DNA from: Centroscyllium fabricii | Lineage: Eukaryota | Reading direction: 5' to 3' | Assembly (NCBI GenBank): GCA_051313645.2 | Contig: JBNRSN020000002.1 | Location: 539,586,001 to 539,650,000 of the forward strand | Length of the DNA: 64,000 bases | Part shown: positions 20,021 through 32,232 of the stretch, in pieces | How the letters are laid out: the number at the start of each line of letters is the position of its first letter | How positions within the stretch are numbered: position 1 is the stretch's first letter | The notes under the pieces: generated by a model | Seen by the model: the letters and a program-made list of their open reading frames with translations, nothing else | Database searches by the model: none | Told to the model about the DNA's origin: nothing | Made by a program: the position numbers and the translations under genes

Positions 20021-20606
20021 CCATCTTCCTCTTAAATGCATGTGTGAATGTGATTGTGCATCAGCTCAGATCACACAGAATAAGCAACAAAATGGAGCCA
20101 ACTGCACAACACCCCATCCCCCCCATGCCATTACCTCAGTATATAATACCAATTACAGACACAAGGGAGCGATTTATGAGTGTAATCTAATCTTGGGTGG
20201 GGAACAGTTAGATAGAGTCATCATCAACCACTTAAGCTTCAAAATGTTTAAGTTTCAATTTTCTAATTTAATGATGTCACCGGTAGCCCCCTCCCCAAGG
20301 AGCCTCGTGCGCTGTTGGGTGAAATCTCCGTGGACAGCGTCTGTTCAGAGGTTCAAGTGCAGTTGGTAAAATTGCAGGAATGCTCTGGAGGTTTGTCAGA
20401 TTCCCCTTGAGAATCACGCAGAACGTTCCGCACTGCTTGCTTCATCTTCTTGGCGCTTCCTCTTCAAGTCAAACATGTCGGGTTAATTATACAAAATTCA
20501 CGGCCCAGACATATTTCCACCCCCCCCCCGCCCCACAGAGTCGTGCATTTGGGGAATTTAGGTGCTCGTGTTAAAATGGACAACGCACACAGAAATCACC
20601 AGTGGC

Positions 20607-20955
20607 ACAATATTATGAGGGGCATAGATGGGGTAGATAGAAAGGAATGTTTTTCCCTTAGCAGAGGGGTCAAAAGCCAGGGGGCATAGTTTCAAGCTAA
20701 AGGGCAGGAGGTTTAGAGGAGATTTGAGGAGGAGCTTTTTCACCCAGAGGGTGGTTGGAGTCTGGAACTCGCTGCCTGGAAGGGTGATGGAGGCAGGAAC
20801 CCTCATAACATTCAAGAAGCATTTGGATGAGCACTTGAGATACCAGAGCATACAAGGCTACGGACCAAGTGCTGGAAATGGGATTAGAATAGACAGGGCT
20901 TGATGGCCGGCACGGACACGATGGGCCGAAGAGCCTCTTTGTGTGCTGTATAACT
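20607..20955 (+). mobile_element. 5'-truncated CR1
   Basis: IMRGIDGVDRK...FFTQRVV...GYGPSAG and 3' UTR. Confidence 0.85.
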
Positions 20956-21190
20956 CAATGGCTCTAAGACAATTTTTGTAAGATCACCCCTCACGTTTGT
21001 GGTCCGTGCCAGGAGACAAGCTTCAAGGGTCACAGAAGACAAAAAAAATATATCCCTGGTACTGAATGGAATGAATTCGGTTTTCGAGATGTCATGCCCG
21101 GGGTTTTCAGTGGGTGGAAAGTGGCGAGCGCGGCAGAGAAGCCCAGCCATTTAGTTGCCACCGGAGAATGAAGGTTCATTCGTTACTTAC

Positions 21191-21341
21191 TGAATCAAAC
21201 TGAAGTTTTCGACAAAGAACTTTATTCTCAGGAAGAGTGTGAAGTTCACCATTGCAGGTTTCCTTTTGGGCTGGTCCTTCCATCCACTCGGTGCCACCTT
21301 GTGCACCTTGGTAGAATGGTCAAGAAAAAAAAATTCCTTAT
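21191..21341 (-). CDS. FRMPD2: FRMPD2-like coding exon (FERM F1 end): (D)KEFFFLDHSTKVHKVAPSGWKDQPKRKPAMVNFTLFLRIKFFVENFSLI(Q)
   Basis: Acceptor CTCTTTATTTTGCAG, donor GTAAGT, phase 1 in and phase 2 out. From memory, matches human FRMPD2 KEFFFLD...KIAPEGW...FTLFLRIKFFV. Confidence 0.88.
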
Positions 21342-21572
21342 CTGCAAAATAAAGAGAAGGGACAATATCCCACAGATTAGAACCAAACTGAGTGACAATA
21401 AAAGTAGAGCTGCATTAACGGACAGGAGTGATCTTTAGTAAAATCCAGATTACAGATCTCTCCATTATAATTTGCGCCCGGGGTTTACGATGTATAGCTA
21501 GACAGGTAGATAGAATAAGGGAGATAGAGAGAAAGAGATCAGACAGATGGAGGAAATGTGAGAGATGGAAAG

Positions 21573-21883
21573 TGTGGTAAACCACAATACGGTTTACCAC
21601 CACGTATCCACTGTGTATATAGTTACCTTGTTGTTCACTGTCTATTCACTGTTTGTATATATTTACCTGCAATACCGTTCGCCACCACTGTATGTAAACC
21701 TCGGTTCTCGGAGGACTCGGTCAGTGCTGACTCCACCCACATTCTGAGTATAAAGCCAGCGGCTGCTGTGCTTTCTCCATTTTCCCCTGGACTCGACTGT
21801 GGAAGGAGCCAGGCTCAGATCACTGCTAATAAAAGCCTTAGTTGAACCTCAACCAGTCTTTGAGATTAATTGATCGTGCATCA
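21573..21883 (+). mobile_element. solo LTR of the same Gypsy clade as E1/E2
   Basis: TGTGGTAAACC...TATAAA...AATAAAAGCC...ATTGATCGTGCATCA. Flanks GAAAG/GGAAG. Confidence 0.8.
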
Positions 21884-22325
21884 GGAAGACTGAGAGCAAT
21901 CAGATAGAATTAGCAAGAGAGGTCGAATGATAGAGAGAGAGAGACAGAGGCAGATAGATAAATAGATTAAAAGGGAGATGGGTTGGAATAGGCAACTAGG
22001 AAACGATATGGAGCAATCCTCGTGGCTCAGTGGGTAAGTGCAGCACCTGTTGTGGTACTGAGCCTTGCACACCAGGTTTAATCCAAACCTGTGTTACATC
22101 AGTTGATCTAAGACAGGCAGCAGTCAACGCTCTACATAAGTCTTACTGGTCAAGGGAACAATCAGCTAGAATTTGTGTTCCTAAACATTCTCCAATCATT
22201 TTAGCCTGGCTCATTTGGTCGCACTGTTGCCTCTGAATTAGAAGGATCTGGGTTCAAGTCTCACTCCAGGACTTAAAACGACAGTCCAGTGCAGTGCTGG
22301 CTAGGCGGAGACGATGTCCTTCGAG

Positions 22326-22550
22326 TGCGGGGAATTCTCTGCCACAGAGGGCGGTGGAGGCCAGTTCATTAAATATATTCAAGAAGGAGTTGGATATATC
22401 CTGTAAGGCTAAAGGGATCAAGGGGTATGGGGAGAAGGCAGGGACAGGGTACTGAATTTGGGTGATCAGCCATGATCTCATTGAATGGCGGAACAGGCTT
22501 GAGGGGCCGAATGGCCTACTCATGCTCCTATCTTCTATGCTTCTATGTTT
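22326..22550 (+). mobile_element. CR1 3' end
   Basis: NSLPQRAVEA-coding remnant plus CTATCTTCTATG...TTTCTA tail. Confidence 0.8.
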
Positions 22551-22557
22551 CTAGATA

Positions 22558-23194
22558 CAGGTTGAAGTTCGTTGATCGGGCATGGGCGGGACCAGGCCCA
22601 TACCAGACAAGTGAAAATCCCGAATGATTGAAGTTTCGGCGAGCGCACGCGCAGACCATTCAAAATGGCCGCCGCGAAAGGCCGGCGGCCCTTTTGAGTG
22701 GTCTGCGCATGCGCTGATCGTTCGGGGAGACCCGGCTCAGGGAGGCTCGCAGCGGCCAGGCTCGGGGAAGCTCGAAGTGGCAAGGCTCGGGGAAGCTCGC
22801 AGCGGCCAGGCTCCGTGAAACTCGCAGCGGCCAAGCTCCGTGAAGCTCGCAGCGGCCAGGCTCTGTGAAGCTCGCAGCGGCCAGGCTCGGGGAAGATCGC
22901 AGCGGCCAGGCTCCGTGAAGCTCGCAGCGGCCAGGCTCCGTGAAACTCGCAGCGGTCAGGCTCGGGGAAGCTCGCAGCGGCCAGGCTCGGGGAAGATCGC
23001 AGCGGCCAGGCTCGGCTCGGCCATTGTGAATGATCTGCGCATGCGTTCGCCATTCGGCGGCGCATGCGCAGATCACTCGTCGAAGCATCAATCGCGGTGG
23101 CCATTTTGCGCATGCGCGGGGCAGACGGGGAAATTATTGCCGGACGTTCGAAGTTGCCAGTTTTTTGGGTGCCGGATGAACGAACTTCAACCTG
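22558..23194. mobile_element. Tc1/mariner (Tigger/pogo-like) MITE carrying a 25-bp tandem array
   Basis: TA | CAGGTTGAAGTTCGTT ... AACGAACTTCAACCTG | TA. Confidence 0.85.
22732..23020 (+). repeat. 25-bp minisatellite GAAGCTCGCAGCGGCCAGGCTC(GGG/CGT), about 11 copies
   Basis: Direct reading. Confidence 0.9.
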
Positions 23195-23412
23195 TATTAT
23201 GTCTGCACACTGGGTTACGGTGTTGCATTAGAGTACACGAAGTTATTGTTATGTTACGTCTTTAATCTGTGATAGGTACTCGATTGCCTTTGTCTGTGAT
23301 TGTCATAGGTACTCGATTGCTTTTGTCTGTGAGATTAGTTGGACACCATTAAAAACCGACACGAGTTCAGTTTGAGAGTCTGCCATTGATTTCATCCTGC
23401 AAACGCAACATT

Positions 23413-24642
23413 GGGCCATGTCTTCCTGTGGCCCGATTGCTGCGGGTGCGCGCTGACGTGCACCCGCGGCGCACGCGCACGTAATTATTTTTTTTTCTGT
23501 CACGTGAACTTCCTGTGCAAAAAGCCGGGGTTTTTTCGTGCGGAGGGGTCTGGTTTTTTTTGCTGCGTGGTGCTTGGTGCGTAGGTCGTGTGCAGGACAC
23601 GCCCCCTGAGGTCGGCTTTTTGAGACCACGCCCCCACAGAACGCACAGAATCGAGCAGGAATCAAACGTTCAGCAGGGGAAAAGATCAGCAGGGTTAAGA
23701 GTAGTTTCTCTTCATCGTTTTCAGTTTAATTTTTTTTAACTACTTCAATAGATTATCTAAAAGTCAAAAGTACAACAGTCATTAAAAGTTAGGTTTAGAA
23801 ATTCACAACAACATGACTTGCATGCCTCTGCATAGATGCATACATACATACACCCCTTAAATAAATTAATCCTTATACATGAAAGGAGTACTTTACAGTG
23901 AGGCAGAAGAAACACAACTGAAAGGTTGATTACCAACAAGAAATTTCTCCCTTATGCTAATTAAGCAAAGCAAGCTTCTGAAAAACCCACCAAAAACAGC
24001 AGCCCTCAAGCAGCTATATAAAAGCACTTTGACCTTATGTCAGATGACAGCTAGGAATCCAAAACCAGTGTTTAAAAAAGGAAATGCTGCTAAACTGTTA
24101 AAAGAAACTTTTTGTAAAATGTTTTCACTCAAATTTAACAGTTCAAACAACACACACACAGTGAGAAGACTATTTTCAAAAACTGTCTTTAAAAAAGAAA
24201 AGCCAGCAGAACTGCTGAAAACCCTTTGAAAGCCCGTTTTTTCCCCGTTTTTTTTTCAATTTAACAAAAATTTAAAAAAACACTTCTATTTAAAAGCTGA
24301 AAGTCCACACACACACATCACCAAAGGAATGAAAAAAAACCTTACATTTTAAAGCTTTTAATTGTGTTTCTCCACTTCTCAAAGCTGCCTGCAGCCCTCT
24401 AAGACTGCTTTTTATATGTGCAGCAAAAGAGAGACTTGCCCACGTGATACACCCGCATTTTGAGCAGCTGCCTACAGGAAATCTGCAGCTCAAAGTCTTC
24501 CTGCATAGGAAGCTGAAGCCCCTTGCCCATCAGCACAGGAAATTCACGTTTCTGGTAATCACCTGAGCTGCACCCCCACGAGGCATTTCTGACCCCCCTT
24601 CGTGGGGGTGCAGCTCTTCTGGAGCACAGGAAAACAGGGCCC
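23413..24642. mobile_element. non-autonomous PIF/Harbinger-type element
   Basis: ATT | GGGCCATGTCTTCCTGTG ... CACAGGAAAACAGGGCCC | ATT: imperfect TIRs with a 3-bp TSD. Confidence 0.7.
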
Positions 24643-24931
24643 ATTATGTTCAGTTGAGGTCCTGACGCCCTGTTCTAGTGTTACTGATGAACAGTAAAGA
24701 TCGCATTGCACTGTCTAAAGAAGACCAGGGAGTTCTCCCTATTCCTTGACCAACAATCCACCCTCAACGGAAACTAACAAACACAGAATAACTGGTCATT
24801 CATGTCATTGTGGCTTGTTGGATCTTGCTGTGTGCAAAATGGCTACCGTGTTTGGCTGTGTGTCACTGCATTTCAAAGCAACTGATTGCAAGTGCATGAG
24901 ATGTTTCTGAGACATGCGATAATGTGCTACA

Positions 24932-27141
24932 GCCTGGGGTTTCAGCGCAATTCAGTTGAAATCGGCCAAACCAGCGCAAAAGATCGAGGAATTTCAAGCA
25001 CAAATTCCGCCCAGAGCAAATCGAGTTTCCGCGATCTTTTGCGCTGCTTTCAATAATGGTGCGCAAGAAGTCGGCCCCGCCTGCAAAGCTGGAAAACGTC
25101 CCCAGATCGAATTACTCACCACAACCGGTTTCCGCTAATTGCGCCCGTTTGCGGGCCTTCACGCAGGCTCTTAAAATTAAGCTTTTATTTTAGGCACAAG
25201 GACACTGAGGCACCCTTTTTAAAAGCTTTTAAATATTTATTTTTTGAATTTATTAAGAAACCACACTGTTGCCAAGAATTTACTGTACACCAATGTAACG
25301 AGTAAATGGTTCTGTATCGCTTTTTAAAGTCATTTTGAGTTATCTAAAATCAGGTTACTCACAGCTGGTAAGATAGGGAGTAGACACTGATTAAAAATGC
25401 TTATTTTTTGTGCTCAACCCATTTTGTATTTATAAACCTGCGCCACGTTACTGCTGTTCTATCAAGGAATATTGTTTAATGCAAATTTTAAAAAAACATA
25501 CATTCTACAACCCTGCCCGAATGTGCTGCTTCACGGCAGATTTTACGTTTGGCTATATGCAAATGAGTCTGAGTGAAAACTGGAGGGACCATGCATAAAT
25601 TTATTTTGACATTTGTGCCGTCAGTGTTCTCCGGCACTGAGGTGCTGCAAACACTGACAATCATTGCACAGAGGCACAGGGCTGCACCCAGGCCCTCTCA
25701 TGACTTGCTCCATATGCTTATGGAGGGAGTCACAGAACGGAGGGAGGCTCTCGTCCCTTCCCATGGACGGACGAGACCTCCCCAGGAGATCAACACAGCC
25801 TGGTTGCACATTGCACAGGAGGGCACAAGCAGGGATGTCGTCAGGAGGATCAGGCTGCAGTGGCGCAAACCTTTCAATGATCTCAGTAGATCTCGAAACG
25901 TTACTGGAAATCCACGCCCAACCTCATCCTGCTGTGCCTCTCATCACATCCCCATCACTCTGCCTTCCCTACCCTACTCCTGCACATCCTTACTCACACC
26001 AACTTACCTTGCACCTCCACCCATCCCTCTCTATCTGCATTATCAAAACCCCATCTCACCAGCCACCCCTTACACTCGCCCTCATCCTAATCTAATCATA
26101 CTGACTGACAACACACAAGGGTAGACACTTGGGTGTTTTATGCAATGTTCATGTAAAGTTTCTGTTAATGTGGTGTCAAAAATTGAAAGCTTTATTTTCA
26201 ACCCTTTCTGTTCTTGGACAGATTTGTGTGCACCTTTGGAAGTGTCTTGGTGAGTTGCAGTGAATGGTGAGACAAATACTGAGCCCCCAGCAATGGTGAT
26301 GAGTGTGAAAGGAATGGCTTGGGCATTGTAGGGATGCGTTATGGTGTTGGTGTGGGGTGGTACCAACCTGGCGCATCATGTGACAGCCAGGGTGTACAGC
26401 ATCAAGTGAAGTAAATCTGGTCATGGTGAGGCCATCCCTGGCCTCCCAGAGAGCAATGTGGTCGGGTGCTGATGCCCTCTGTCCTGTGTAGCATCAGTTG
26501 ATTGTGGAGAAGGTTGTTGTTGTTGGTGGAGCTGTTGGTGGGCCAGGTGCTGTTGGTCTTGGGCCGATCATGGTGGGAATCTGAGGACCATGGTGAGAGA
26601 ATATAAAGGGCACCCACGTTGATGGAATAGATGGCAGGTGAAGTAGAGATGACAAAAGCGATCTGTCAATGGTGAGAGAGGTAATGAGGTCAGACTGGGG
26701 ATGGAGACTTGTGTAAAGACTTGCAGCGTGCTGAATCTGTTGTGGAAATGCAGTGAGGAAGAGCTTGTGGCTGAGGGAAGATATCTCTGTAAGGTGGTAG
26801 CTTTTACTTTACATTTTAAGCTGTCAACTCATCAGCTGATTCAATGGCCACTGACCTCCCGCCTCAGCTTGACAGACATGATCCATGACCAGCGTGGACC
26901 CCGTGGGCAAGCTGTCAAATGCAAAAGGTGAGCTGAAAATCATTCTGAAGTGGCTCTAAACAAGCCACTGATTAACTGAATTGGGTCGCCCGCCACTGCC
27001 TGTTGGGTCGGCTCAGCGCTGACAGACCCGACATCAGGAAAGGCGCGTGGGAGCGAGTTGGGATCCCGCTGTCAAAATGATCAAATTTCTCACTCGACCT
27101 GCCACCAATCCTGCCCGCTGACTCCCCGGAAAATTCTGGCC
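24932..27141. mobile_element. internally deleted PIF/Harbinger transposon remnant (left boundary uncertain)
   Basis: Myb/SANT remnant on +, possible transposase C-terminal remnant on - (~26400-26460), right end GAAAATTCTGGCC. Confidence 0.5.
25676..25893 (+). pseudogene. Harbinger-type Myb/SANT-like DNA-binding domain remnant
   Basis: RAAPR.S...L..LMEGVTERREAL...AWLHIAQE....V.R...QWRKPFNDL fits the Myb/SANT-like (NAIF1/MSANTD-type) pattern. Confidence 0.7.
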
Positions 27142-27407
27142 TCAGCGTTTATAAATTTAAATCACGGAACGTTGTAAAATTTAATTCAGTCTGGGCAAAA
27201 ACATAAAAATACAAGTGCACTTGTGGACATCAGGTGAGGGAGAGGTTTGCAGTCATGACTAATGTCCTCAATGGGCCTTCTGCCAACACTCAGTGTTCGT
27301 GGTGGATTAATGAAGGATGAGGACCTCATTGAACAACACACGAGTATGAGTCAGTGTCTTCAGGAAACAAAGAGGGAGAACTGCAAAAAGGCAAACATAG
27401 AAACCAA

Positions 27408-28220
27408 GGGGGAGACATTCGGAGGGCCGTAAGGGCGCATTTCCGCCGGGGCGGGGTGGGGCTTAAAATCACGAAACCGGGGGGGGGGTCCCGACCCCTC
27501 CCGCCGGATCCCCGCCGCTTTGCAGTTTTCGGACGGCGTGTCTAGCCGGCCTGAATCTTTCCCGCCTGCCACCGGCGGGGTTGATCGTTGTGCTCATTAG
27601 GGGCTCTTAATTGCCATGGGTAATCCCATTTTAAGGGCCCTTCATGAATTTAAAGCCCTTCCCACCCATACCCCGCCATTCTGAAACCCCGCCGGTGAAA
27701 CCTAGCGGGATCACATTCGGCTTGGTCACTTTCACCTTCAAGGCATTGAAGCACCTGCAGCAGAATGCCTTCCAGGCCTTCAACACCCTGGAGGTGTAAG
27801 TGACTCTGAAGAGCAGCTGTGGAGAAAACCTTCCACAAACTTACCTGACAGATGAATGGAAATGCTTCACAGAGAGATGGCCCCTAACTGTGAGAGCTTT
27901 CCAGCAAGTCCTTAGAGCTGTCACTCAACCCACTTGGGCTTTGAGATTGGTTGCACTCCATTGTGATGTCACAATGCACTGTTTCCATAGAAACTAACAA
28001 CACACAGTCCTTAGCCCTGTCAATCAAACCTACGGTTGTTAGCTGCAGTGCTGCCGCTTTCCGACTGGAATCAGTCAATTGGCAGGGGCTCTGACACACG
28101 GGCAATTAATTGGCCAATTAAGCCAAAATTGCGTGGGGCTCCCAGACCCTTGAACATTCATGTCAGAAACCTGATCTTCCCAAAACCCGCCAGTTTCCCA
28201 CACCTTTGCGAAAATCCCCC
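27408..28220. mobile_element. PIF/Harbinger-type MITE (family B) inserted into a CR1 tail
   Basis: Reverse complement of 17692-18976 without the SINE. Splits AAACATAGAAAC|ATAGAAGATAGG. Confidence 0.7.
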
Positions 28221-29170
28221 CATAGAAGATAGGAGCGGGAGTAGGCCATTCAGCCCCTCGAGCCTGCTCCGCCATTCAATGCGATCATGGCTGATCATCG
28301 GAATTCAGTACCCTGTCCCTGCTTTCTCCCCATATCCCTTGATCCCTTTAGCCTTAAGAAATATATCTAACTCCTTCTTGAATATATTTAATGAATTGGC
28401 TTCTACTCCCTTCTGTGGTAGAGAATTCCACAGTTTCACCACTCTCTGGGTGAAGAAATTGCTCCTCATCTCTGTCCTAAATGGCTTACCCCTTATCCTT
28501 ATACTGTGACCCCTGGTTCTGGACTCCCCCACCATCGGGAACATCCTTCCTGCATCTAGTCTGTCCAGTCCTGTTAGAATTTTATAAGTTTCAATGAGAT
28601 CCCCTCTCATTCTTCTATACTGCAGCAAGTACAAGCCCAATTGACCCAATCTCTCCTCATACGTCATTCCTGCCATCCCAGGTATCAGCCTGGTGAATCT
28701 TCGCTGAACTCCCTCCATGGCAAGCACATCCTTACTTGGATAATGCGACCAAAACTGCACACAATATTCAAGATGTGGTCTCACCAAGGCCCTGTACAAC
28801 TGCAGCAAGACATCCTTGTTCCTGTACTCGAACCCTCTCGCTACGAAGGCCAACATACCATTTGACTTCTTGACCGCTTGCTGCACCTGCATGCTTACCT
28901 TCAGCGACTGGTGCACAAGGACACCCAGGTCTTGTTGCACTTCCCCTTCTCCCAATCTATTGCCATTCAGATATTGTTTTTGACACCAAAGTGGATAACC
29001 TCGCCATGTTTCTGTTCAATCACCCAACCTGTCCAAATCGTACTGGGGTTTCTCGGCATCATCCTCATAGCACATACGCCCACCCAGCTTTGTCGTCTGC
29101 AAACTTGGAGATATTACATCTCGTTCCCTTATGCAGATCATTAATATATATTGTGAATAGCTGGGGTCCA
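28221..29170 (-). mobile_element. 5'-truncated CR1
   Basis: ORF 28305-28955 RPHLEYCVQFW...; ADD-region remnant near 29090-29110. Confidence 0.9.
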
Positions 29171-30183
29171 AGTGGAGTGAAGGGTTGGTGTATGCATCAG
29201 ATTTGTGATACACTCCAGTGAGCCTCATTTTACAATTCCATTGGGCATCTGTTCCTTAATACAAACATGTGCGTAAACAAACACTACAAAACAACTTTTA
29301 CTACCTTTGGAGTTTAATGATCTTCAACCTAGTTCCAACAACTCATGACTGACCCCCCCCCAAAAAAGGCCTGCACTTCTAATTAGCGCAAAATAATTAG
29401 AGGGAAGGCTTCTACCGTACCATCTGGAGAGTATGGTGGCCCATCTGTGCGATCGTGCTTTCCACCAGATGTCCCCTTGCCAGCCATAAATTTCAATTTT
29501 ATTATTGGACTCAAGCCAGAGCTGTAGATCGGCACAAAACTGTTGTCAAGTAGTGCTGCAAAACCCTGCTCGAGAAAGGTCTCTGTAAAGACGCTTTAGC
29601 TGTTCAAATTACTTTGTGTCACATTTGTACTCTCGGAACAGTGAAGATATTCAGTTTGTTTATCTCCACGTTATTAGCTGAGGGGTGTTGGGCCTACCTT
29701 GCTATCAGCCCCACCTGCTGCCACAGGCCTCACGATCTGCCTTGTGAGAGCGATAATTGCACATTGTTAAACCTTAATTTACTTCGACAAATTGGATCAT
29801 GTTTTTTCATACAGTAAAACTCCATAATTTCACCCCCACACTGTTTACAGAACACATGTTTTGGCTTGACGTCAATTGAAAAAATAATTCGGGAAAAGTG
29901 CAGCTCCCAAATGGTTACAAGTGAATAATCTGTCATAATGCTCACTAAAATGCCTCACTCTGCAATATGTCAGTTAATATCGTTTGATGAAAAAACAAAG
30001 TCAAACCTTATAAGACTGTGGCCCTATTGATGATATTGACAGCTCACTGTTCCAACTCTCTATTCCTAGCAGATCAGTGAACGCAGAGGTTTCGAATCTG
30101 AAGTGAGGGAGGGGGTGGCTCACATTGACCAGTCCTTGAGCACATTAGTTGTACCAGTCCACTGTTACACTTTAAAAGAAATA

Positions 30184-30480
30184 CAGGTTGTGCACCGGTA
30201 ATCCGGCACCCTCGGGACGAGGCCGGTGCCGGACCACTGAAAATTCCGAACCACTGAAGGTTCGGGGGGAGCGCGCGGGTAGAACACTCCCTGGGGCCTG
30301 GAGCGCGCGGGTAGAACACTCCCCGGGGCCCGGAGCGTGCGGGTAGAACACTCCCCAGGGCCTGGAGCGCGCGGGTAGAACACTCCCCGGGGCCCGGAGC
30401 GTGCGGGTAGAACATTCCCCGGGGCCCGGAGCGTGCGGGTAGAACACTCCCCGGGAGGGAGCCCAGGGACAGAACACTTA
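30184..30480 (+). mobile_element. Tigger-like MITE 5' part with a 32-bp tandem array (about 6 copies, 30268-30455)
   Basis: TA | CAGGTTGTGCACCGGTAATCCGGCAC terminus; repeat GGAGCG(C/T)GCGGGTAGAACACTCCCCGGGGCCC. Confidence 0.6.
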
Positions 30481-31007
30481 CAAAACCTAAAAAAACAGAA
30501 AGCCAAACGCCCGACGCCTTTGGCGCTCACTCACCCTTCCCGGGAAACGGTGGCGCCACCAAGCGGCTACTCCACAAAATTTAAGACTGCTGGTTTCTCA
30601 TCGTGCCGAACTAATGAAGGTGCTGAACCATCAGGTGCCAGATTACCAGTGCTCAAGCTGTATAGGATTAGCTTTCTGTGACACAAAGCTGCAGCACACC
30701 CACCCAAATGTTTCTGTTTGAGGACAGCGAGTCCTTCAATGGAGATCAAACTGGGTCCCATCCTAGTCTGTAAATATCAGAGACTGTGGGGTGCGGGGAG
30801 AGGGTATTTGCATCCATTACGGCACACTCTACCGGAATTGTGGCAGGAGTCCGCTAGAATGGCCAGAAACTAGGCTGGGACCCGGAGAGGCTGGGTCCGG
30901 CCATGGGGCAGAGTTTCTGGGATGAGCTTCCCTTGACCCGACATCAAAGTCAAGCCTCCACATCTCTCATTCTCTAGAAGGAAGTATTCAACTTGCAATT
31001 TTTCAAT

Positions 31008-31322
31008 TAGAACATAAGAAATAGGAGCAGGAATAGGCCACTTGGTCCCTCGAGCCTGCTCCGCCATTCAATAAGATCAGGGCTGATCTCGGGCTCAAAG
31101 CCACTTCCCCGTCCGCTCCCCATAACCCTTCACTCCCTTATCTTGCAAAAATCTGTCTATCTCCACCTTAAATGTATTTGATGACCCAGTCTTAAATATA
31201 TTCAATGACCCAGCCTCCACGGCTCTCAGGGGCAGAGAATTCCACAGATTTACGACCCTCTGAGAGAAGAAATTCCTCCTCATCTCAGTTCTAAAAGGGC
31301 GACTCTTTATTCTGAAACTATG
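31008..31322 (-). mobile_element. CR1 3' end
   Basis: RRNFFSQRVVNLWNSLP...GYGER; AGAACATAAGAA tail. Confidence 0.85.
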
Positions 31323-31528
31323 CTTACTGAACACCAGTGGGATCTTCTGAGTCTCGTAAAATATGAATTTTAAAGGTGGATGATTGAGTTGCCTCTAAAT
31401 CAAACAATTAAGCAGCTGAATTGTCAGTTCTTTGTTTATACAAGATCTACTGGCAACGTTTCAGAGCTAGCTAACAGCGGAGACAAAAGAACCCTTGATG
31501 ATAGGCAGGTCGTTGCTGCAAAACTCAC

Positions 31529-31703
31529 CTTTGAGATAAGCAAGGCCAAAGTATAAGTGTTCCACAAGGTTGGTACAAGCCACAACCATGTCAAATACAT
31601 CACCGCCCTTAGACTTCACATCGCATTTTACTTCCAAACACTGTCCATTTGGTAGGATGACGCTGAGCTCTCGCTGTGATAAATGCACTTTTCCTTTCTT
31701 GCT
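31529..31703 (-). CDS. FRMPD2: FRMPD2-like coding exon (start of FERM): SKKGKVHLSQRELSVILPNGQCLEVKCDVKSKGGDVFDMVVACTNLVEHLYFGLAYLK
   Basis: Acceptor TTTTCTCCTTTACAG, donor GTGAGT, 175 bp, phase 0 in and phase 1 out. From memory, resembles human FRMPD2 TKKGK...NGQHLEVKCDV...YFGLAYMK more than PTPN13. Confidence 0.9.
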
Positions 31704-32232
31704 CTGTAAAGGAGAAAAGCTATTACTTGACTAAGGTCATGGCTTGATCATAACTGTAGTCACCACAAGACAGAATATAGCGAATCATCGAACGTCACAG
31801 GCCATTTAGCTCATCAAGTGTGCACTGGTTTTTTTAAAGCCACACGAATCACCCGCCCTGCTTGCTGCTTTTATATCCCTCCTTTTCAAGAAATGACTAT
31901 TTCTTTTGAAAATAATTTATCCGTTCTGCTTCAACAAGGATTTGTGGCGGAGGATTACAAGCCCCGATTTTAATCTAACCAGCCCAGGGAGAAGAAGGCT
32001 GGATCAGATCGGAGGCCCGATTAACACCCTGCCCGATTTAACACTCCACTGAGCATAAAATGGGGTGGGGTGTAAATCGTGTGTTCAACCTAATCCCGCC
32101 CCATTCTGGCCAGGCAGATGAGGTTAAAATCATGGCTGCAGATTCTAACCAATATGTGTGTAAAGAAATATTTTCTAACCTCCCCTTTAATTTTATTGTG
32201 GTTATCTTTAAATATGTGCCCTTTCATTTAAT

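Noticed and set aside
1-21190. Next FRMPD2 exon (expected H..TRHQ.YLQLRKDIL-like)
   Set aside because: Not found by eye in the non-repeat gaps; it probably lies beyond the window start, though I may have missed it.
22732-23020. Regular 25-bp and 32-bp (30268-30455) arrays as CRISPR-like repeats or repeat proteins
   Set aside because: Head-to-tail units with no unique spacers, in a vertebrate genome and inside MITEs: these are minisatellites.
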